Shown: positions 10,003 through 22,393, counted from the first letter of the stretch. The stretch: DNA of 64,000 nt from Gallionella sp. (GCA_040079595.1 JBEBKA010000004.1:875-64874), one strand, 5' to 3'. Translations and numbers: made by a program. Notes: a model not told the origin generated them from the sequence alone.

Positions 10003-10428
10003 TTAGTTAATTGTTGCACCCGTTTGCTTCAACAATTCACGCGCTTTACTTGCCATTTCATGCTCGGGATTAAGGTCCAACATTTTCTGCCAAACGGCAC
10101 GCGCACCAACCAAATCACCTTTAGCATTCTGGATGAGGAAACCTAGATTGATATAGGCTTGCCCGAAGCTCGAATCTTTTGCAATCACGTCACGGAAAGC
10201 TTGTTCGGCTTGGCTAAGATTCTCATTGCGCCAATACATCGCACCCAAATCGGTACGCACGCCAGGCAAGTCTGGATTGATGTCCAACGCGATGCGGTAA
10301 TACACAATCGCTTGAGCAGCGTTGCCCTCGTCATAGTAATAATTGCCCAATGCCAAAGCGGCATCAATATCAGATGAATCCGCGTTAAGGCGTTCTTTGT
10401 AAAGTGTAATGGTGATTTGATCGCTCAT
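10003..10428 (-). CDS. TPR repeat protein
   Basis: Repeated A..LG..YY...G....A...Y..AL..NP TPR pattern. Confidence 0.8.
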   Translation of the reverse strand: MSDQITITLYKERLNADSSDIDAALALGNYYYDEGNAAQAIVYYRIALDINPDLPGVRTDLGAMYWRNENLSQAEQAFRDVIAKDSSFGQAYINLGFLIQNAKGDLVGARAVWQKMLDLNPEHEMASKARELLKQTGATIN

Positions 10429-10531
10429 GGTTCTATTCCTAACAAGTTAAATGAAGTTAAAAAATCTAGTACAACTAAAAATCTTACTGCTCTGCATTGA
10501 GTCCCGATTATAGCAAAGCCTCGTTAAATAC

Positions 10532-11104
10532 TCAGCGCAACAATTCACGCACCGGCTTAAAGCTTTTGCGATGCACCGCTGAAACACCATGCTCGCGCAG
10601 TGCGGCGAGATGTGCCGCTGTGGGATAACCTTTGTGATCGGCAAAACCGTAATATGGATATTGATTATGCAACTCCAACATCAGTGCGTCACGCGCCGTT
10701 TTTGCCAAGATAGAAGCGGCAGAAATAGCGGCGACTTTACTATCGCCTTTGACTATCGCTTGGCTGGGAATGCCTGTTTGTGGGCAGTATAGACCATCGA
10801 CCAATACTTGCTGTGGCTGGATGTTGAGTGACAGCACAGCGCGCTTCATCGCTAACAATGTGGCTTGCAGGATGTTGAGTTGGTCAATTTCTTCGACTTC
10901 AGCGTAAGCGACTGCCCATGCCAACGCACGTTCACGAATGATCGAGGCAAGTTTATCGCGCTGTTTTTCGGAGAGTTTTTTGGAGTCGGCTAAACCTTCA
11001 ATTGGATTCGCATCATCGAGTATCACCGCTGCCGCACTGACCGGCCCCGCAAGTGGACCACGCCCGGCTTCATCTACGCCGCAGATGAGTACCAAATTAG
11101 GCAT
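10532..11104 (-). CDS. rnhB: Ribonuclease HII
   Basis: [32 protein letters not shown]; overlaps lpxB stop. Confidence 0.96.
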   Translation of the reverse strand: MPNLVLICGVDEAGRGPLAGPVSAAAVILDDANPIEGLADSKKLSEKQRDKLASIIRERALAWAVAYAEVEEIDQLNILQATLLAMKRAVLSLNIQPQQVLVDGLYCPQTGIPSQAIVKGDSKVAAISAASILAKTARDALMLELHNQYPYYGFADHKGYPTAAHLAALREHGVSAVHRKSFKPVRELLR

Positions 11105-12251
11105 TCGGTAGGTAAGGCAAGATAGCCGCTGCGGCTTTTTGTGCCGTGTTTTGCCGCAAGGTTTGATGCAGTGCCAAGAAAGTCTCTTCAAGTTGCGCAA
11201 CGGCAGTTTTGTCATTCATCAAATTCAACAATGCTTGCGAAATATTTTCAGGTGTCGCATCGTCTTGCATCAACTCTGGCACCACAAAACGTTCGCACAA
11301 TATGTTCGGCAAACCAAAATAGGGCTGATAACTTTTGCGCTTCATCAATCGCCAAGTTAACTTCGGCATACGATAGGTAATCACCATGGGACGCTTAAGT
11401 AGTGCCGCTTCCAACGTCGCCGTACCAGACGCAACCAACACCGCATCGGCTACAATCATGGCATCTTGCGCATGGCCAAACAGCAAGGTAATCGGCAATT
11501 CTTGAGCATCACAATCATACAGTGCTTGCTCAACAATCGCACGCGTTTCACGGCTAATCAACGGCATTAAAAATCGCGCATCGGGGATTTTCTTTAGTAT
11601 CAGCTTTGCGGTTTCGATATAGACATGTGCAAGTTGAGTCACTTCGCTTTGGCGACTACCGGGCAACAATGCAAACACTTTAGCTTGCAATGGAATGCGC
11701 ATCGTCTCGCGCATCTCATCCCGTTTGGGGAAATCAGGCAGCATGTCCGCCAGCGGATGACCTACATATTCGACAGGCACGCCCGCATCTTCATACAGCT
11801 TGGATTCGTGCGGGAACAGTGCCAGTACTTTTGAAACGGCACGCTTGATTTTATGGATGCGCTCACCGCGCCATGCCCATATCGACGGGCTTACATAATG
11901 GATGGTGATAATGCCTTGCTGCTTCAGCGCGAGCTCCAAATCCAAGTTGAAATCGGGCGCATCAATGCCGATGAAAATATTCGGACGGTTCGCCAGAAAA
12001 TGGCTGCGCAGCTTGCGGCGTATACCGATAATTTCCAGATAATGGCGCAACACTTCAACATAGCCGCGCACCGCCAATTTCTCCATCGGGAACAAGCTGT
12101 TCATGCCCGCCGATTGCATCTTCGCACCGCCGATACCAATGAATTCGATGTCGGGTTGGATTGCTTTTAATGCCAACATCAAGTGACTGCCGAGCAAATC
12201 ACCCGATGCTTCGCCCGCGACAATACCGATTACGATTTTTTTTTGCGACAT
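11097..12251 (-). CDS. lpxB: Lipid-A-disaccharide synthase
   Basis: [29 protein letters not shown]. Confidence 0.96.
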   Translation of the reverse strand: MSQKKIVIGIVAGEASGDLLGSHLMLALKAIQPDIEFIGIGGAKMQSAGMNSLFPMEKLAVRGYVEVLRHYLEIIGIRRKLRSHFLANRPNIFIGIDAPDFNLDLELALKQQGIITIHYVSPSIWAWRGERIHKIKRAVSKVLALFPHESKLYEDAGVPVEYVGHPLADMLPDFPKRDEMRETMRIPLQAKVFALLPGSRQSEVTQLAHVYIETAKLILKKIPDARFLMPLISRETRAIVEQALYDCDAQELPITLLFGHAQDAMIVADAVLVASGTATLEAALLKRPMVITYRMPKLTWRLMKRKSYQPYFGLPNILCERFVVPELMQDDATPENISQALLNLMNDKTAVAQLEETFLALHQTLRQNTAQKAAAAILPYLPNA

Positions 12252-12263
12252 GTTTTGGGTACT

Positions 12264-13034
12264 CTAACGGACGATGCCGCGATTAGAACTAGCGAGGAAA
12301 TCAACTAGCGGTTGTAACTCAACATGATCACTAACTTCTGATTGAATGGCGAGCTTAGCGGCTTCAAAACTTAACCCTGATTTATACAGCGTTTTGTACG
12401 CGCGTTTAATCGCCATGATCGATGCACTGGAAAATCCGCGCCGCTTCAATCCTTCTGAATTGATGCCATGCGGCGCACAAGGATTGCCTGCAACCAACAT
12501 GTAAGTCGGCACATCCTGAAATAAAATCGACCCCATTCCCGTGATAATGTGCGCGCCGATTTTGACGAACTGATGCACCACCGTAAAGCCGCCCAGAATG
12601 GCGTAATCATTGACCTCCACGTGACCTGCCAATTGCGCATTATTGGCAAAAATGGTGTGGTTGCCCACTTGGCAATCGTGCGCCAAATGCACATACGCCA
12701 TAATCCAATTGTGATTGCCAACACGCGTCACGCCGACATCCTGAGCCGTACCCAGATTAAAAGTGCAGAACTCACGTATGGTGTTGTGGTCGCCAATTTC
12801 CAAGCGCGTGGGTTCATTCGCATATTTTTTATCTTGTGGGATTTCACCCAGCGAACAGAACTGAAAAATGCGATTGTGCTGTCCGATACGGGTATGCCCG
12901 TTGATGACCACATGCGGACCGATGACCGTACCCGCACCGATTTCGACATGCTCGCCGATGATGGAATACGCGCCGACCTCGACATCGTCGGCGAGCTTGG
13001 CATTGGGATGAATGATTGCAGTTGGATGCCGCAT
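12264..13034 (-). CDS. lpxA: UDP-N-acetylglucosamine O-acyltransferase
   Basis: Hexapeptide repeats, PQDKKY, HLAHDC; operon position. Confidence 0.96.
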   Translation of the reverse strand: MRHPTAIIHPNAKLADDVEVGAYSIIGEHVEIGAGTVIGPHVVINGHTRIGQHNRIFQFCSLGEIPQDKKYANEPTRLEIGDHNTIREFCTFNLGTAQDVGVTRVGNHNWIMAYVHLAHDCQVGNHTIFANNAQLAGHVEVNDYAILGGFTVVHQFVKIGAHIITGMGSILFQDVPTYMLVAGNPCAPHGINSEGLKRRGFSSASIMAIKRAYKTLYKSGLSFEAAKLAIQSEVSDHVELQPLVDFLASSNRGIVR

Positions 13035-13483
13035 TACGCCACCGTTTTAACCGTACACATCAGCTCTGCTTCTGCGGCTAATTGCCCATCCACTTCGGCT
13101 GCTGCTTTGAACTTGAACACGCCTCGCATACTGCGTGTTAGCGACACTTTGATTATCAGTTGATCGCCTGCTGTGACAGGGCGTTTGAAACGCGCACCAT
13201 CAATGCCTGCAAAGTAATAGACCGATTTCTCGTCAGGCTTAGACTCCATCGAGTTAAACGATAGCAGCGCGGCCACTTGCGCCATCGCCTCAATAATCAA
13301 CACGCCCGGCATCACGGGATGATGCGGATAATGTCCGGGGAAAAATGGCTCATTGATGGTGACGTTTTTTAGCGCGACGATTTCTTTGCCAGGATCAAGT
13401 GACAGCACTCTATCCACCAACAAAAACGGGTAGCGATGCGGCAGGCATTCAAGAATTTCGTGGATGTTCATTTGGATACTCAT
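13034..13483 (-). CDS. fabZ: 3-hydroxyacyl-ACP dehydratase
   Basis: [23 protein letters not shown]. Confidence 0.97.
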   Translation of the reverse strand: MSIQMNIHEILECLPHRYPFLLVDRVLSLDPGKEIVALKNVTINEPFFPGHYPHHPVMPGVLIIEAMAQVAALLSFNSMESKPDEKSVYYFAGIDGARFKRPVTAGDQLIIKVSLTRSMRGVFKFKAAAEVDGQLAAEAELMCTVKTVA

Positions 13484-14508
13484 GCGTCTTTTCCTATCTT
13501 CTTCTCTAATGTTTTAACGCGTTTAACTAACGCTTCTAAGTGACGCAAATGCACCGCGTTGGCACGCCACTCTTCGGTTTTTGAAAATGGGAAAATCGCG
13601 GTGTAAGAACCCGCTTCACGTATTGATTTACCGATCAACGAGAACGCGGAAATTTCAACCCGATCGGCGATTTGCAAATGACCCAAGATACCCGCGCTGC
13701 CACCAATCAAGCAATACTTGCCTATCGTGGTGCTGCCTGCAATGCCCACACAGCCAGCGATTGCGGTATGCGCACCAATGCGAACGTTATGTGCAATCTG
13801 AATTTGGTTGTCCAACTTTACGCCGTCTTCAATCACCGTGTCATCCAATGCGCCACGATCAATTGTGGTGTTCGCACCAATCTCCACATCATTACCTATC
13901 ACCACGCGGCCGATTTGCGGAATCTTGATCCAGCGACCCTCATCCATCGCAATGCCAAAACCATCGCCGCCGATAACCACGCCGGAATGCGCAATCAAGT
14001 TGTTGCCAATCACACAATCGTGATAAATCACCACGCGTGGATACAGGCGCACATGACTACCAATCACTGTGTTATCGCCGACATAACAGCCCGCACCAAT
14101 CACGCTGTGCGCGCCTATTGTCGCGCCCGCACCGATAACTGCCGCCGCTTCTATACAAGCGGTTTTATCTATCGTGGCGGAGTCACTCACCGTTGCCGAG
14201 GGATGCACACCTGCAATCACTTGCGGCAATGGGTTGAGCAAAGCCGACACTTTGGCAAAATAGGCGTAAGGATTATTCGAGATGATGCGCGGCAGCTCGG
14301 TCGCATCGGCATCCGCCTCACCCAATATCACCGCGCCCGCTTTTGTGCTGGCAAGCTGTGCGCGGTATTTGCTGTTGGTGAGGAAACTGATTTGGTTCGC
14401 TTGCGCTTTTTCTAGCGTGGTAACTTGAGCGATGCGCACCGCTGCGTTGCCCAAAATGCGACCACCCAACTGCGCAGCAATTTCAGATAAGGTGTATGAA
14501 ACGGTCAT
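13480..14508 (-). CDS. lpxD: UDP-3-O-acylglucosamine N-acyltransferase
   Basis: [32 protein letters not shown]. Confidence 0.97.
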   Translation of the reverse strand: MTVSYTLSEIAAQLGGRILGNAAVRIAQVTTLEKAQANQISFLTNSKYRAQLASTKAGAVILGEADADATELPRIISNNPYAYFAKVSALLNPLPQVIAGVHPSATVSDSATIDKTACIEAAAVIGAGATIGAHSVIGAGCYVGDNTVIGSHVRLYPRVVIYHDCVIGNNLIAHSGVVIGGDGFGIAMDEGRWIKIPQIGRVVIGNDVEIGANTTIDRGALDDTVIEDGVKLDNQIQIAHNVRIGAHTAIAGCVGIAGSTTIGKYCLIGGSAGILGHLQIADRVEISAFSLIGKSIREAGSYTAIFPFSKTEEWRANAVHLRHLEALVKRVKTLEKKIGKDA

Positions 14509-14520
14509 GCGGATACCTGC

Positions 14521-15033
14521 TTATTTGCCCGCTTTATCATCCGCCAAGTGTTGAATCACTTTGTCGGTAATGTCGATTTTAGGGTTGCGGTACACGGCTT
14601 CCTGCAAAATCAAATCGAATTTTTCGGTCTCGGCAATCGCCTGTATGGTTTTATTAGCGCGTTCCAACACGATTGCGAGCTCCTCATTTTTACGCAGATT
14701 CAAATCTTCGCGGAACTCGCGCTGCAAACGTTGCGCGTCCGCATTCATCGTGGTCAGTTCACGTTCTTTATTGCGCTGATCGGCATCGGACAGCGTTACG
14801 CCTTCTTTTTCAAGCAAGGACTGCAAATCCTTGGCTTGCTTCATCAGTGCTTTAATATCCAAATCGCGCCCGGAAAATTCTTTAGTGATGCGCTTCTCCG
14901 CATTCACCGCAGGCGCAGATTCACGCAAAATTCGCTCGGTATCCACCACGCCGACTTTGAAATCTGCCGCTACTGCAACCATGCCAGAACACAACAAAAC
15001 AGAAAGTGCTACACCCTTAAATATCGTCTTCAT
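14521..15033 (-). CDS. skp: Periplasmic chaperone Skp/OmpH
   Basis: Signal peptide, KVGVVD, C-terminal DITDKVI; between bamA and lpxD. Confidence 0.9.
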   Translation of the reverse strand: MKTIFKGVALSVLLCSGMVAVAADFKVGVVDTERILRESAPAVNAEKRITKEFSGRDLDIKALMKQAKDLQSLLEKEGVTLSDADQRNKERELTTMNADAQRLQREFREDLNLRKNEELAIVLERANKTIQAIAETEKFDLILQEAVYRNPKIDITDKVIQHLADDKAGK

Positions 15034-15052
15034 TTTTTGCCTCCCTAAAACT

Positions 15053-17329
15053 TTAGAACAGTGATCCCAAGGTAAATTGAAATCTTTGTATCTTATCCAC
15101 TTCCTGCTTGTTGAGCGGAATGGCATAACTAAATTTAAGCGGCCCCACGGGCGCAAACCATGTTAATGCCGCCCCCGTAGAATAGCGCAAACCAGCACTT
15201 CCGGGCAGGTCTCCCGGACCATAAACCGCACCCGCATCTAAAAATCCGCTCAGCCGTACTGAATTATCCTTGCCCGTCCCAGGAAATGGCGCAAGTAATT
15301 CTACCGCACCCACGGCTCTTCGCGTACCGCCCAACACCGCCCCCGTGGAGTCTTGTGGACCCAGTGTGTTCGGATCAAAGCCTCTTACCGAACCCGGCCC
15401 ACCTGCGTAAAAATTCTTAAAGAAGGGCAACGGTTTGCTGTCATATCCCCCCGCGACACCTAGCTCCGCATTTAGCATTAACGTAACGCTGCTACTCATG
15501 GGGTAAAACAATTGGTGCTGGTAATTTAATTTGTAGTAACGCGCATCCAAAATCGGCATGGCAATTTCGGCAAAAGCCCGCTGCACCGTACCTTGTGTGG
15601 TAAAAATCGCGCTGTCTCGTGTATCTCTACCCCAGCCAATTGTGCCGAGCAAATTATTGTTCTTCGCGCCAAACACATTGACGTACTCAGCTAGCCGATT
15701 AGGTGGAGTCGCTTGTAACCCCAGCTCGGTTCTTTCAATAGCGAGACCGTAGCTAATCGATTCGTCCTCCCCTATCGGCACACCAAACCGCACCCCACCA
15801 CCCAAGGTATGCGAGGAATACTGGCTCACCGAGGTACTTTGCGAATCGGTATTACGTTTATATAAATCAAAGCCACGACTCACACCGTTATCGGTGTAGT
15901 AAGGGTTAGTGTACGATACCGAATACACTTGGTTAACTTTGCCCGTATTTATTTGCGTGGAAAGATAATTGCCGCTGCCAAACAAATTCGCCTGAGTCAC
16001 GCCGCCCGTGAGTACGAACCCTTCTCCGCTGGAGTACCCTGCCCCCGCATTGATGCTGCCCGTGGACTTTTCTTTGACCAACAAATTAACATCCATTTGG
16101 TCGGGCGCACCCTGCACGGCGGGGGTTTCAATGTTCACTTCGGAAAAGAAATCTAATTTATCGACGCGCTGTTTGGATTTTTTAATTTTTTCCACATCAA
16201 ACCAGCCACCTTCCATTTGGCGAAATTCGCGGCGTATCACTTCATCACGGGTTTTGCTATTGCCCGAAATGTTAATACGGCGAATATAAACACGCTGACT
16301 CGGATCAACCACAAAATCAAATGCAACTTGATGCTTGTCTTTATCCAAGCTCGGAATCGCATTCACATTGGCAAACGCATAACCCTCCAACCCCATACGT
16401 TCGCCTATTTAGGCACTGGTAGCGGTTAACTCCTTACGGGAAAAAGTATCACCTATTTTCACTTGCACCAGCTGCTCAATTTCTGCCTTGGGAATAATGG
16501 TCTCTCCCGATACGCCGATTTTGCTCACCGTATATTTCGCACCTTCGATCAAATTGATGGTGATGTAGATGTCTTTTTTGTTAGGCGTAATCGACACCTG
16601 TGTGGAGTTGATATTAAATTCCAGATAGCCGTGATCCATATAAAAAGATCGCAGCTCTTCCAAATCAGCCGACAACTTTTGTTTCGAGTATTGGTCGCTG
16701 CTGCTAAACCAAGTAAACCAGCCTGGTGTTCTCAATTTCATTAAGTTGAGAATCTCTTTTTCTTTGTACGCCTGAGTGCCGATCAAATTGATTTGCTTGA
16801 TTTTCGACACCTCTCCTTCAATCACGTTGAATACCACTTTCACGCGATTGCGCTCTAATTCGGTAACGGTGGTGGAAACGGAAACCGCATATTTGCCATT
16901 GGCAATGTACTGACGCTTCAACTCTTGAGTCGCTTTATCCAGCGCGCCCTTATCTAAAATGCGCGCTTCTGTCAAGCCCACGGCCTTCATGCTTTCTTTG
17001 AGTTGGTCTTTGGGGAAATCTGACGTGCCGTTAAATTCGATACTGGCAATGGACGGGCGTTCTTGCACCTGCACCACCAACACGTTGCCGTCCGCTTTCA
17101 ACGCCACGTCCCTGAAGAAACCCGTCGCATACAAAGCGTGTATCGCGGCAGCGGCTTGTGGATTGTCTAACGTGTCGCCCACTTTGATCGGCAGGTAGCT
17201 GAACACTGTACCCGCTTCCGTGCGTTGTATGCCTTCCACGCGAATATCGTTAACCGTAAACGGCTCAATCGCCCAAGCAGTCGTGATATTTAGCAGCATT
17301 ACCACCCCTGCCCAAAAATTAAATGTCAT
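15053..17329 (-). CDS. bamA: Outer membrane assembly factor BamA, interrupted by an in-frame TAA at 16409-16411
   Basis: POTRA repeats, FYAGGPGSVRGF, C-terminal FQFTLGSLF; the two ORFs are in one frame, separated by TSA*IGERMG. Confidence 0.9.
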
Positions 17330-17334
17330 TATTC

Positions 17335-18690
17335 TTAACTGGAAAATAAACGGGTTACGTCGTTGAAAATTGCAAAAGTCATGAGTGTTCCGAGTATGGC
17401 GATACCAATTTTTTGACCGATTTCCCAAGCCTGTTCAGACACGGGGCTACTCTTAATTATCTCGGCGGCATAATACAACAAGTGACCGCCATCCAATAAG
17501 GGAATAGGCAGTAAATTCATCACGCCCAAGCTGATGCTAATCAACGCCAAGAAGCCTAAGTACGCCGCAATGCCCATGCCGGCAGACTGCCCCGCATAAT
17601 CGGCAATAGTGATTGGACCGCTGATATTTTTTGCGGAAATCTCGCCCATCACCATCTTGCCCATCATTTTCAAGCTCACCACCGAAGTCTGCCAAGTCTT
17701 GTGCACCGCTTCGATTGTCGCCTCAACAGGCGAGTAGCGGACATCCGTAAACATGGCATCCCATTCTGCTTCATTCACGTGTGGTGCAACGCCGATTTTG
17801 CCGATAGTCTTACCAGATTCTTGCGAGGCTTGCGGCACAACCGTCATCGGCAAAGTGACTTCACCGCGCTGTATTTCGAGTTGTACCGCTTGATTAGGAT
17901 GCGTGCGTATCACCTCCACCAGCTCTTGCCACGTTTTCATTTGCACACCATTGGCACGCGAAATTTTATCGCCCTCTTTCAGCCCCGCACGTTGTGCCAC
18001 ACCCACCTCCACCAATTTACCAATCACGGGTAAAACAATCGGCTGGTAAGGCTTTAAACCGAGCTTCTCCAGAAAGCTCCCCTCCAAATCTCTCGCTTCC
18101 AAACTACTCATATTCAGCATGTAAACACGCGTGTCATGTTGAGTGGTGCGTGCTTCAACTTTCACGTCACCTTGCTTCAACGCCGCATCCAGCAACATCC
18201 AGTGCAGCTGCTGCCAACTCGGAATTTTTTCGTCATTGATGCTGAGGATAGTATCGCCCGCTTGCATTTGCGCAACCGCAGCGGGCGTGCCTACTGGCAC
18301 ATCACCCAACACGGGCTTCAAGCCTGGCACGCCGTAAATAAACATTGCCCAATACAACACAATCGCCAACAGGAAATTCGCCACAGGTCCCGCCACCACA
18401 ATCGCCATACGTTGCAACACGGGTTTGCGGTTAAATGCCAGATGCAACTCGGCTGGCGCAACCTCCCCTTCCCGCTCATCCAGCATCTTTACGTAACCGC
18501 CCAATGGAATCGCAGAAATAACCCATTCCGTGTCGCTGTTTGCAAAACGTTTACTGTAGATAATTTTGCCAAAGCCCAAAGAAAAGCGCAGCACTTTTAC
18601 ACCGCAGCGGCGCGCCACCCAATAGTGACCAAACTCGTGAAAGGTCACCAATAGCGCGATTGCGGCAACAAATGCCAGAATAGTCATCAT
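17335..18690 (-). CDS. rseP: RIP metalloprotease RseP
   Basis: HEFGH, two PDZ domains, NLLPIPLLDGG. Confidence 0.96.
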   Translation of the reverse strand: MMTILAFVAAIALLVTFHEFGHYWVARRCGVKVLRFSLGFGKIIYSKRFANSDTEWVISAIPLGGYVKMLDEREGEVAPAELHLAFNRKPVLQRMAIVVAGPVANFLLAIVLYWAMFIYGVPGLKPVLGDVPVGTPAAVAQMQAGDTILSINDEKIPSWQQLHWMLLDAALKQGDVKVEARTTQHDTRVYMLNMSSLEARDLEGSFLEKLGLKPYQPIVLPVIGKLVEVGVAQRAGLKEGDKISRANGVQMKTWQELVEVIRTHPNQAVQLEIQRGEVTLPMTVVPQASQESGKTIGKIGVAPHVNEAEWDAMFTDVRYSPVEATIEAVHKTWQTSVVSLKMMGKMVMGEISAKNISGPITIADYAGQSAGMGIAAYLGFLALISISLGVMNLLPIPLLDGGHLLYYAAEIIKSSPVSEQAWEIGQKIGIAILGTLMTFAIFNDVTRLFSS

Positions 18691-18708
18691 CTCAAAAACC
18701 CTGATTGA

Positions 18709-18792
18709 GCCACAGAGAACACAGAGTTCACAGAGAAGAATCTGCGCCGCAACACGCTCTGTGAACTCTGTGTTCTCTGTGTTCTCTGTGGC
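18709..18792. repeat. Palindromic REP-like element built of 9-nt CACAGAG(AA/TT) units
   Basis: GCCACAGAGAACACAGAGTTCACAGAG ... CTCTGTGAACTCTGTGTTCTCTGTGTTCTCTGTGGC (right arm has one extra unit). Confidence 0.85.
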
Positions 18793-18814
18793 TTGTATTT
18801 GAATTTATCCGAGT

Positions 18815-19990
18815 TCATCGGCATGTTATCCATTGCTGTGCTGCCGCTCGCGCCTGAGCATCCGCTTCTAGCACGTCTTCCAGTTCACGCACCGCCACGA
18901 TATTCATTTCCGCCAACACATCGGCGATAAGTTTGGGAATATCGAGGAAAGCGATTTGCCCATTCAAAAACGCTTCGACAGCAATCTCATTCGCCGCATT
19001 CAACATTGCGGGAGCAGTACCTGCCGCGCGCAATGCTTGATACGCCAACGCCAGGCAAGGGAAGCGTTCAAAGTCTGGCGCGGTAAAATTCATCGTCGCC
19101 ACTTTGAACAAATCCAACGACGCCACACCCGAATCAATGCGCTCTGGATAAGCCAAGCCATAAGCAATCGGCGTGCGCATATCGGGGTTGCCGAGCTGCG
19201 CGATAACCGAGCCATCCACGTATTCCACCAGCGAATGAATCACGCTTTGCGGGTGGATCACCACTTGAATATCGTCCGCACTGGCATTGAATAACCAATG
19301 TGCCTCAATCACCTCCAAGCCTTTATTCATCATGCTCGCCGAGTCAACGGAAATTTTCCGACCCATCACCCAATTGGGGTGCGCGCAGGCTTGATCGGGA
19401 GTCACGTTTTGCAATGCCGCCAGCGGAGTCTCGCGGAACGGTCCGCCCGATGCGGTGAGTAAAATCTTGCGCACACCATTGCCACGCATGTCACCGTTAT
19501 AGGTTTTTGGCAGAGCTTGAAAAATGGCATTGTGTTCGCTATCAATAGGCAACAATGGCGAGCCGCTGGCACGCACGGCATCCATAAACACATTACCTGC
19601 CATCACCAAGGTTTCTTTGTTCGCCAGCAGAATTTTTTTGCCCGCTTTGGCCGCCGCGAGAGTGGGTCGCAAGCCTGCCGCACCGACGATGGCTGCCATC
19701 ACGGAATCCACTTCGGGCAACACACAAACTTGCTCCAAGGCATCCACGCCATGCAGCACTTGCGTGTTCAAACCCGCATCCTTCACCAGAGAACGCAACT
19801 GCCCAACCGCAGCCTCATCCAGCAACACCGCATAACGCGGCTTAAATTGAACACACTGTTTGAACAACACATCGACTTGGCGATTCGCCGTCAACGCGGC
19901 GATTTGAAATTTATCAGGATGACGCGCCACCACATCCAGCGTGCTAGTGCCGATGCTGCCCGTAGATCCCAATATAGTTAAGCCTTGCAT
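18815..19990 (-). CDS. dxr: 1-deoxy-D-xylulose 5-phosphate reductoisomerase
   Basis: [35 protein letters not shown]. Confidence 0.97.
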   Translation of the reverse strand: MQGLTILGSTGSIGTSTLDVVARHPDKFQIAALTANRQVDVLFKQCVQFKPRYAVLLDEAAVGQLRSLVKDAGLNTQVLHGVDALEQVCVLPEVDSVMAAIVGAAGLRPTLAAAKAGKKILLANKETLVMAGNVFMDAVRASGSPLLPIDSEHNAIFQALPKTYNGDMRGNGVRKILLTASGGPFRETPLAALQNVTPDQACAHPNWVMGRKISVDSASMMNKGLEVIEAHWLFNASADDIQVVIHPQSVIHSLVEYVDGSVIAQLGNPDMRTPIAYGLAYPERIDSGVASLDLFKVATMNFTAPDFERFPCLALAYQALRAAGTAPAMLNAANEIAVEAFLNGQIAFLDIPKLIADVLAEMNIVAVRELEDVLEADAQARAAAQQWITCR

Positions 19991-19995
19991 AGAAG

Positions 19996-20787
19996 TTATG
20001 AGTCGTTGCTGCCAGCTTTGACGACCCATTCAAAGGGGTTGCTGATGGAAAGGTATTCGCGGTTGTCGCCAAGTATGGTGTCGATGCACCAGCCGTTGCC
20101 GGAGGCATTGGTATCAAGGGTGATGGCGTTGCCTATGGTTTGTCCGAGTGCGCCGCCTATTAAATCGGCGAAGTTTAGGGTGACACTAGACGTGTCTATG
20201 CCCAAGGTGCTGGCGAAACTGGTGAGGTCTGGCTGGTAGTCGACGGAAGTTACAGTGAGGTTATTGCTAGCACCCAAGATAGAGGAGATTTTCCAAGATC
20301 CCCCTTTCGGACACAGTTTTTTGTATTGCTCCTTCGTGTAATCATCCGCCACGCCATGCAACACTTTGAAGGAAAATTCCACCCTTATTTTTTTGCCATC
20401 CATTTCAACTAGAAAAGTTGCGCTGTCTTGACCGAAGTAGCCAAGTTCTGGTAAATACGAATAAGTGCCATAACCAACAGACGCAGGTTCTAAAACCCCG
20501 TGTTGGGGACTGCGCAACACCGTAACCACGGTAGATCCAAGCACTTCGTGGTGTTCAAAATCTCGAAAATATAATTGCGCTGCTCCTATTGGCTCTACAG
20601 CATTTATTGCTGAATAGCTGCCCTTAGTAAATGGACTAGTAAATGGCGTAGTAAATGTAGTAAATGGGGTCAGACTCGAATTGTTTTCTGGCGCAGCCGC
20701 TACATTCGCAGTAATACCCGCCATGATGGTTAAAATTGCAATCCAGCCTACGCTGCCTGCTGATCCGAATATGATTCGACTTTGCAT
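19996..20787 (-). CDS. Secreted protein fragment with cadherin/Ig-like (Big_9-like) domain; probable truncated giant surface protein
   Basis: Hydrophobic N-terminal signal-like segment; PQHGVL...[17 protein letters not shown]; [15 protein letters not shown] motif. Confidence 0.55.
   Translation of the reverse strand: MQSRIIFGSAGSVGWIAILTIMAGITANVAAAPENNSSLTPFTTFTTPFTSPFTKGSYSAINAVEPIGAAQLYFRDFEHHEVLGSTVVTVLRSPQHGVLEPASVGYGTYSYLPELGYFGQDSATFLVEMDGKKIRVEFSFKVLHGVADDYTKEQYKKLCPKGGSWKISSILGASNNLTVTSVDYQPDLTSFASTLGIDTSSVTLNFADLIGGALGQTIGNAITLDTNASGNGWCIDTILGDNREYLSISNPFEWVVKAGSNDS
20625..20669. repeat. Short tandem repeat TAGTAAATG(G) x4 encoding PFT-rich linker
   Basis: Units at 20625, 20637, 20649, 20658. 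Confidence 0.7.
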
Positions 20788-20792
20788 AAATG

Positions 20793-21614
20793 CTAGCTTA
20801 GTTGCTGCATGGTGATGACCAAGGCGGCAAGCGGTAATGTCGAGGTGAGAGCGTCGATGCGATCCAGCAGCCCGCCGTGACCGGGCAAGAGTGCGCCGCT
20901 ATCTTTGACACACGCCTGCCGTTTGATGGCGGATTCAAACAAATCTCCGATCACCGCCAATCCCACCCACCACCAAGCCGCCAGCAGCAAGATCGGCAAC
21001 ATTGCATACTGTGACAAACTCGGACTCATGCTCCATACCAAAACGATATAGGCCGTCACGCCCAACATCGCGCCCGCCACGCCTTCCCAAGTTTTACCGG
21101 GGCTGATGCTGGGGGCGAGTTTGTTTTTGCCGAATTTTCGCCCCGCAAAATACGCCGCGCTATCCGCGACCCAAACCAGACACATGATGAACAGCAGCAA
21201 CCACGGGCTGACTAAACGCAGATCCAGCATCGCCAAACTGGTGGGAATAATTACCGCCCAGCCGGTCAACGACATCAGCAGGGGTGACTCAACCTTCCAA
21301 CCCACAATCATCCATGTCGGCACGACGATAATCCACAGGAAGGCGGCGATGAGGTAGACAAACAGGTGGATGAGCTGTTGTGGCGCGGTGGTTGAAGCAT
21401 CTACCCAGACCAGCGATAACATGATGAACAGCGTTGCCACCCAATACACGGTAGCTGCACGACCTGTGAGTTTGGACAATCTTGCCCATTCCAAACTGGC
21501 CTGCAACGCCATCAGAATAACCAGTGCCACCCAAGCCGAAGCGGGCAAACCAAAGAGGGCTGCGAGCAATAACACCAGCATGATCAGTGCCGTGATAATG
21601 CGGGATTTAAGCAT
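20793..21614 (-). CDS. cdsA: Phosphatidate cytidylyltransferase
   Basis: SPGKTWEG, GDLFESAIKR, PGHGGLLDRID. Confidence 0.96.
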   Translation of the reverse strand: MLKSRIITALIMLVLLLAALFGLPASAWVALVILMALQASLEWARLSKLTGRAATVYWVATLFIMLSLVWVDASTTAPQQLIHLFVYLIAAFLWIIVVPTWMIVGWKVESPLLMSLTGWAVIIPTSLAMLDLRLVSPWLLLFIMCLVWVADSAAYFAGRKFGKNKLAPSISPGKTWEGVAGAMLGVTAYIVLVWSMSPSLSQYAMLPILLLAAWWWVGLAVIGDLFESAIKRQACVKDSGALLPGHGGLLDRIDALTSTLPLAALVITMQQLS

Positions 21615-22371
21615 CGGCTTTTCCTTGAACTTGCTCACTGGTGCGACCAAAACGTCGCTCACGGTGCTGGTAAGAATCGATCGCTTTCTTTAGTTCCTTG
21701 CCATCAAAAGCGGGCCATAACGTGTCGGTGAAATATAACTCGGTATAAGCCAGTTGCCACAACATGAAGTTGCTCACGCGCTGCTCGCCGCCCGTGCGAA
21801 TAAACAGATCCGGCTCAGGCGCGCCACTCATGGATAAATAAGGTTGCAAATCGGTTTCGGTAAAATTTTGTGCAAGTTTGGGATGATCTTTCAGCATCGT
21901 GTGTACCGCATTTATCACGTCCCACCGCCCGCCGTAATTCGCCGCGATGGTCAGCGTCAGACCATCATTGTTGGAGGTCAACGTCTCGGCATCACGCATA
22001 GATTGCTTGAGCTGCTCATTGAAGCGACTGCGGTCACCAATAATTTTGAGCCGTATATTATTTTGGTGCATCTTGGCTACTTCGCGCTCCAGTGCCTTCA
22101 TAAACAGCGACATGAGAAATGAGACCTCCTCTTCCGGTCTCCGCCAATTTTCACTACTGAAGGCGAACACGGTGAGATATTCCACACCCAAATCGCGGCA
22201 CGTTTTCACAACTTTGCGCAACGCCTCCACGCCCTGCTTATGCCCCATTACGCGCGGCATAAAACGTTGCTTCGCCCAACGCCCGTTGCCATCCATTATG
22301 ACGGCAATGTGGCGCGGAACTGCGGCAGTGTCAAGGATAGTTGAGGTGGAACTAGGAAGAGGATTTGCCAT
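21607..22371 (-). CDS. uppS: Undecaprenyl diphosphate synthase
   Basis: IMDGNGRW, FSSENW, RTGGEQRVSNF, ERRFG. Confidence 0.97.
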   Translation of the reverse strand: MANPLPSSTSTILDTAAVPRHIAVIMDGNGRWAKQRFMPRVMGHKQGVEALRKVVKTCRDLGVEYLTVFAFSSENWRRPEEEVSFLMSLFMKALEREVAKMHQNNIRLKIIGDRSRFNEQLKQSMRDAETLTSNNDGLTLTIAANYGGRWDVINAVHTMLKDHPKLAQNFTETDLQPYLSMSGAPEPDLFIRTGGEQRVSNFMLWQLAYTELYFTDTLWPAFDGKELKKAIDSYQHRERRFGRTSEQVQGKADA

Positions 22372-22393
22372 TATTCCAAATGATTTATTGAAA

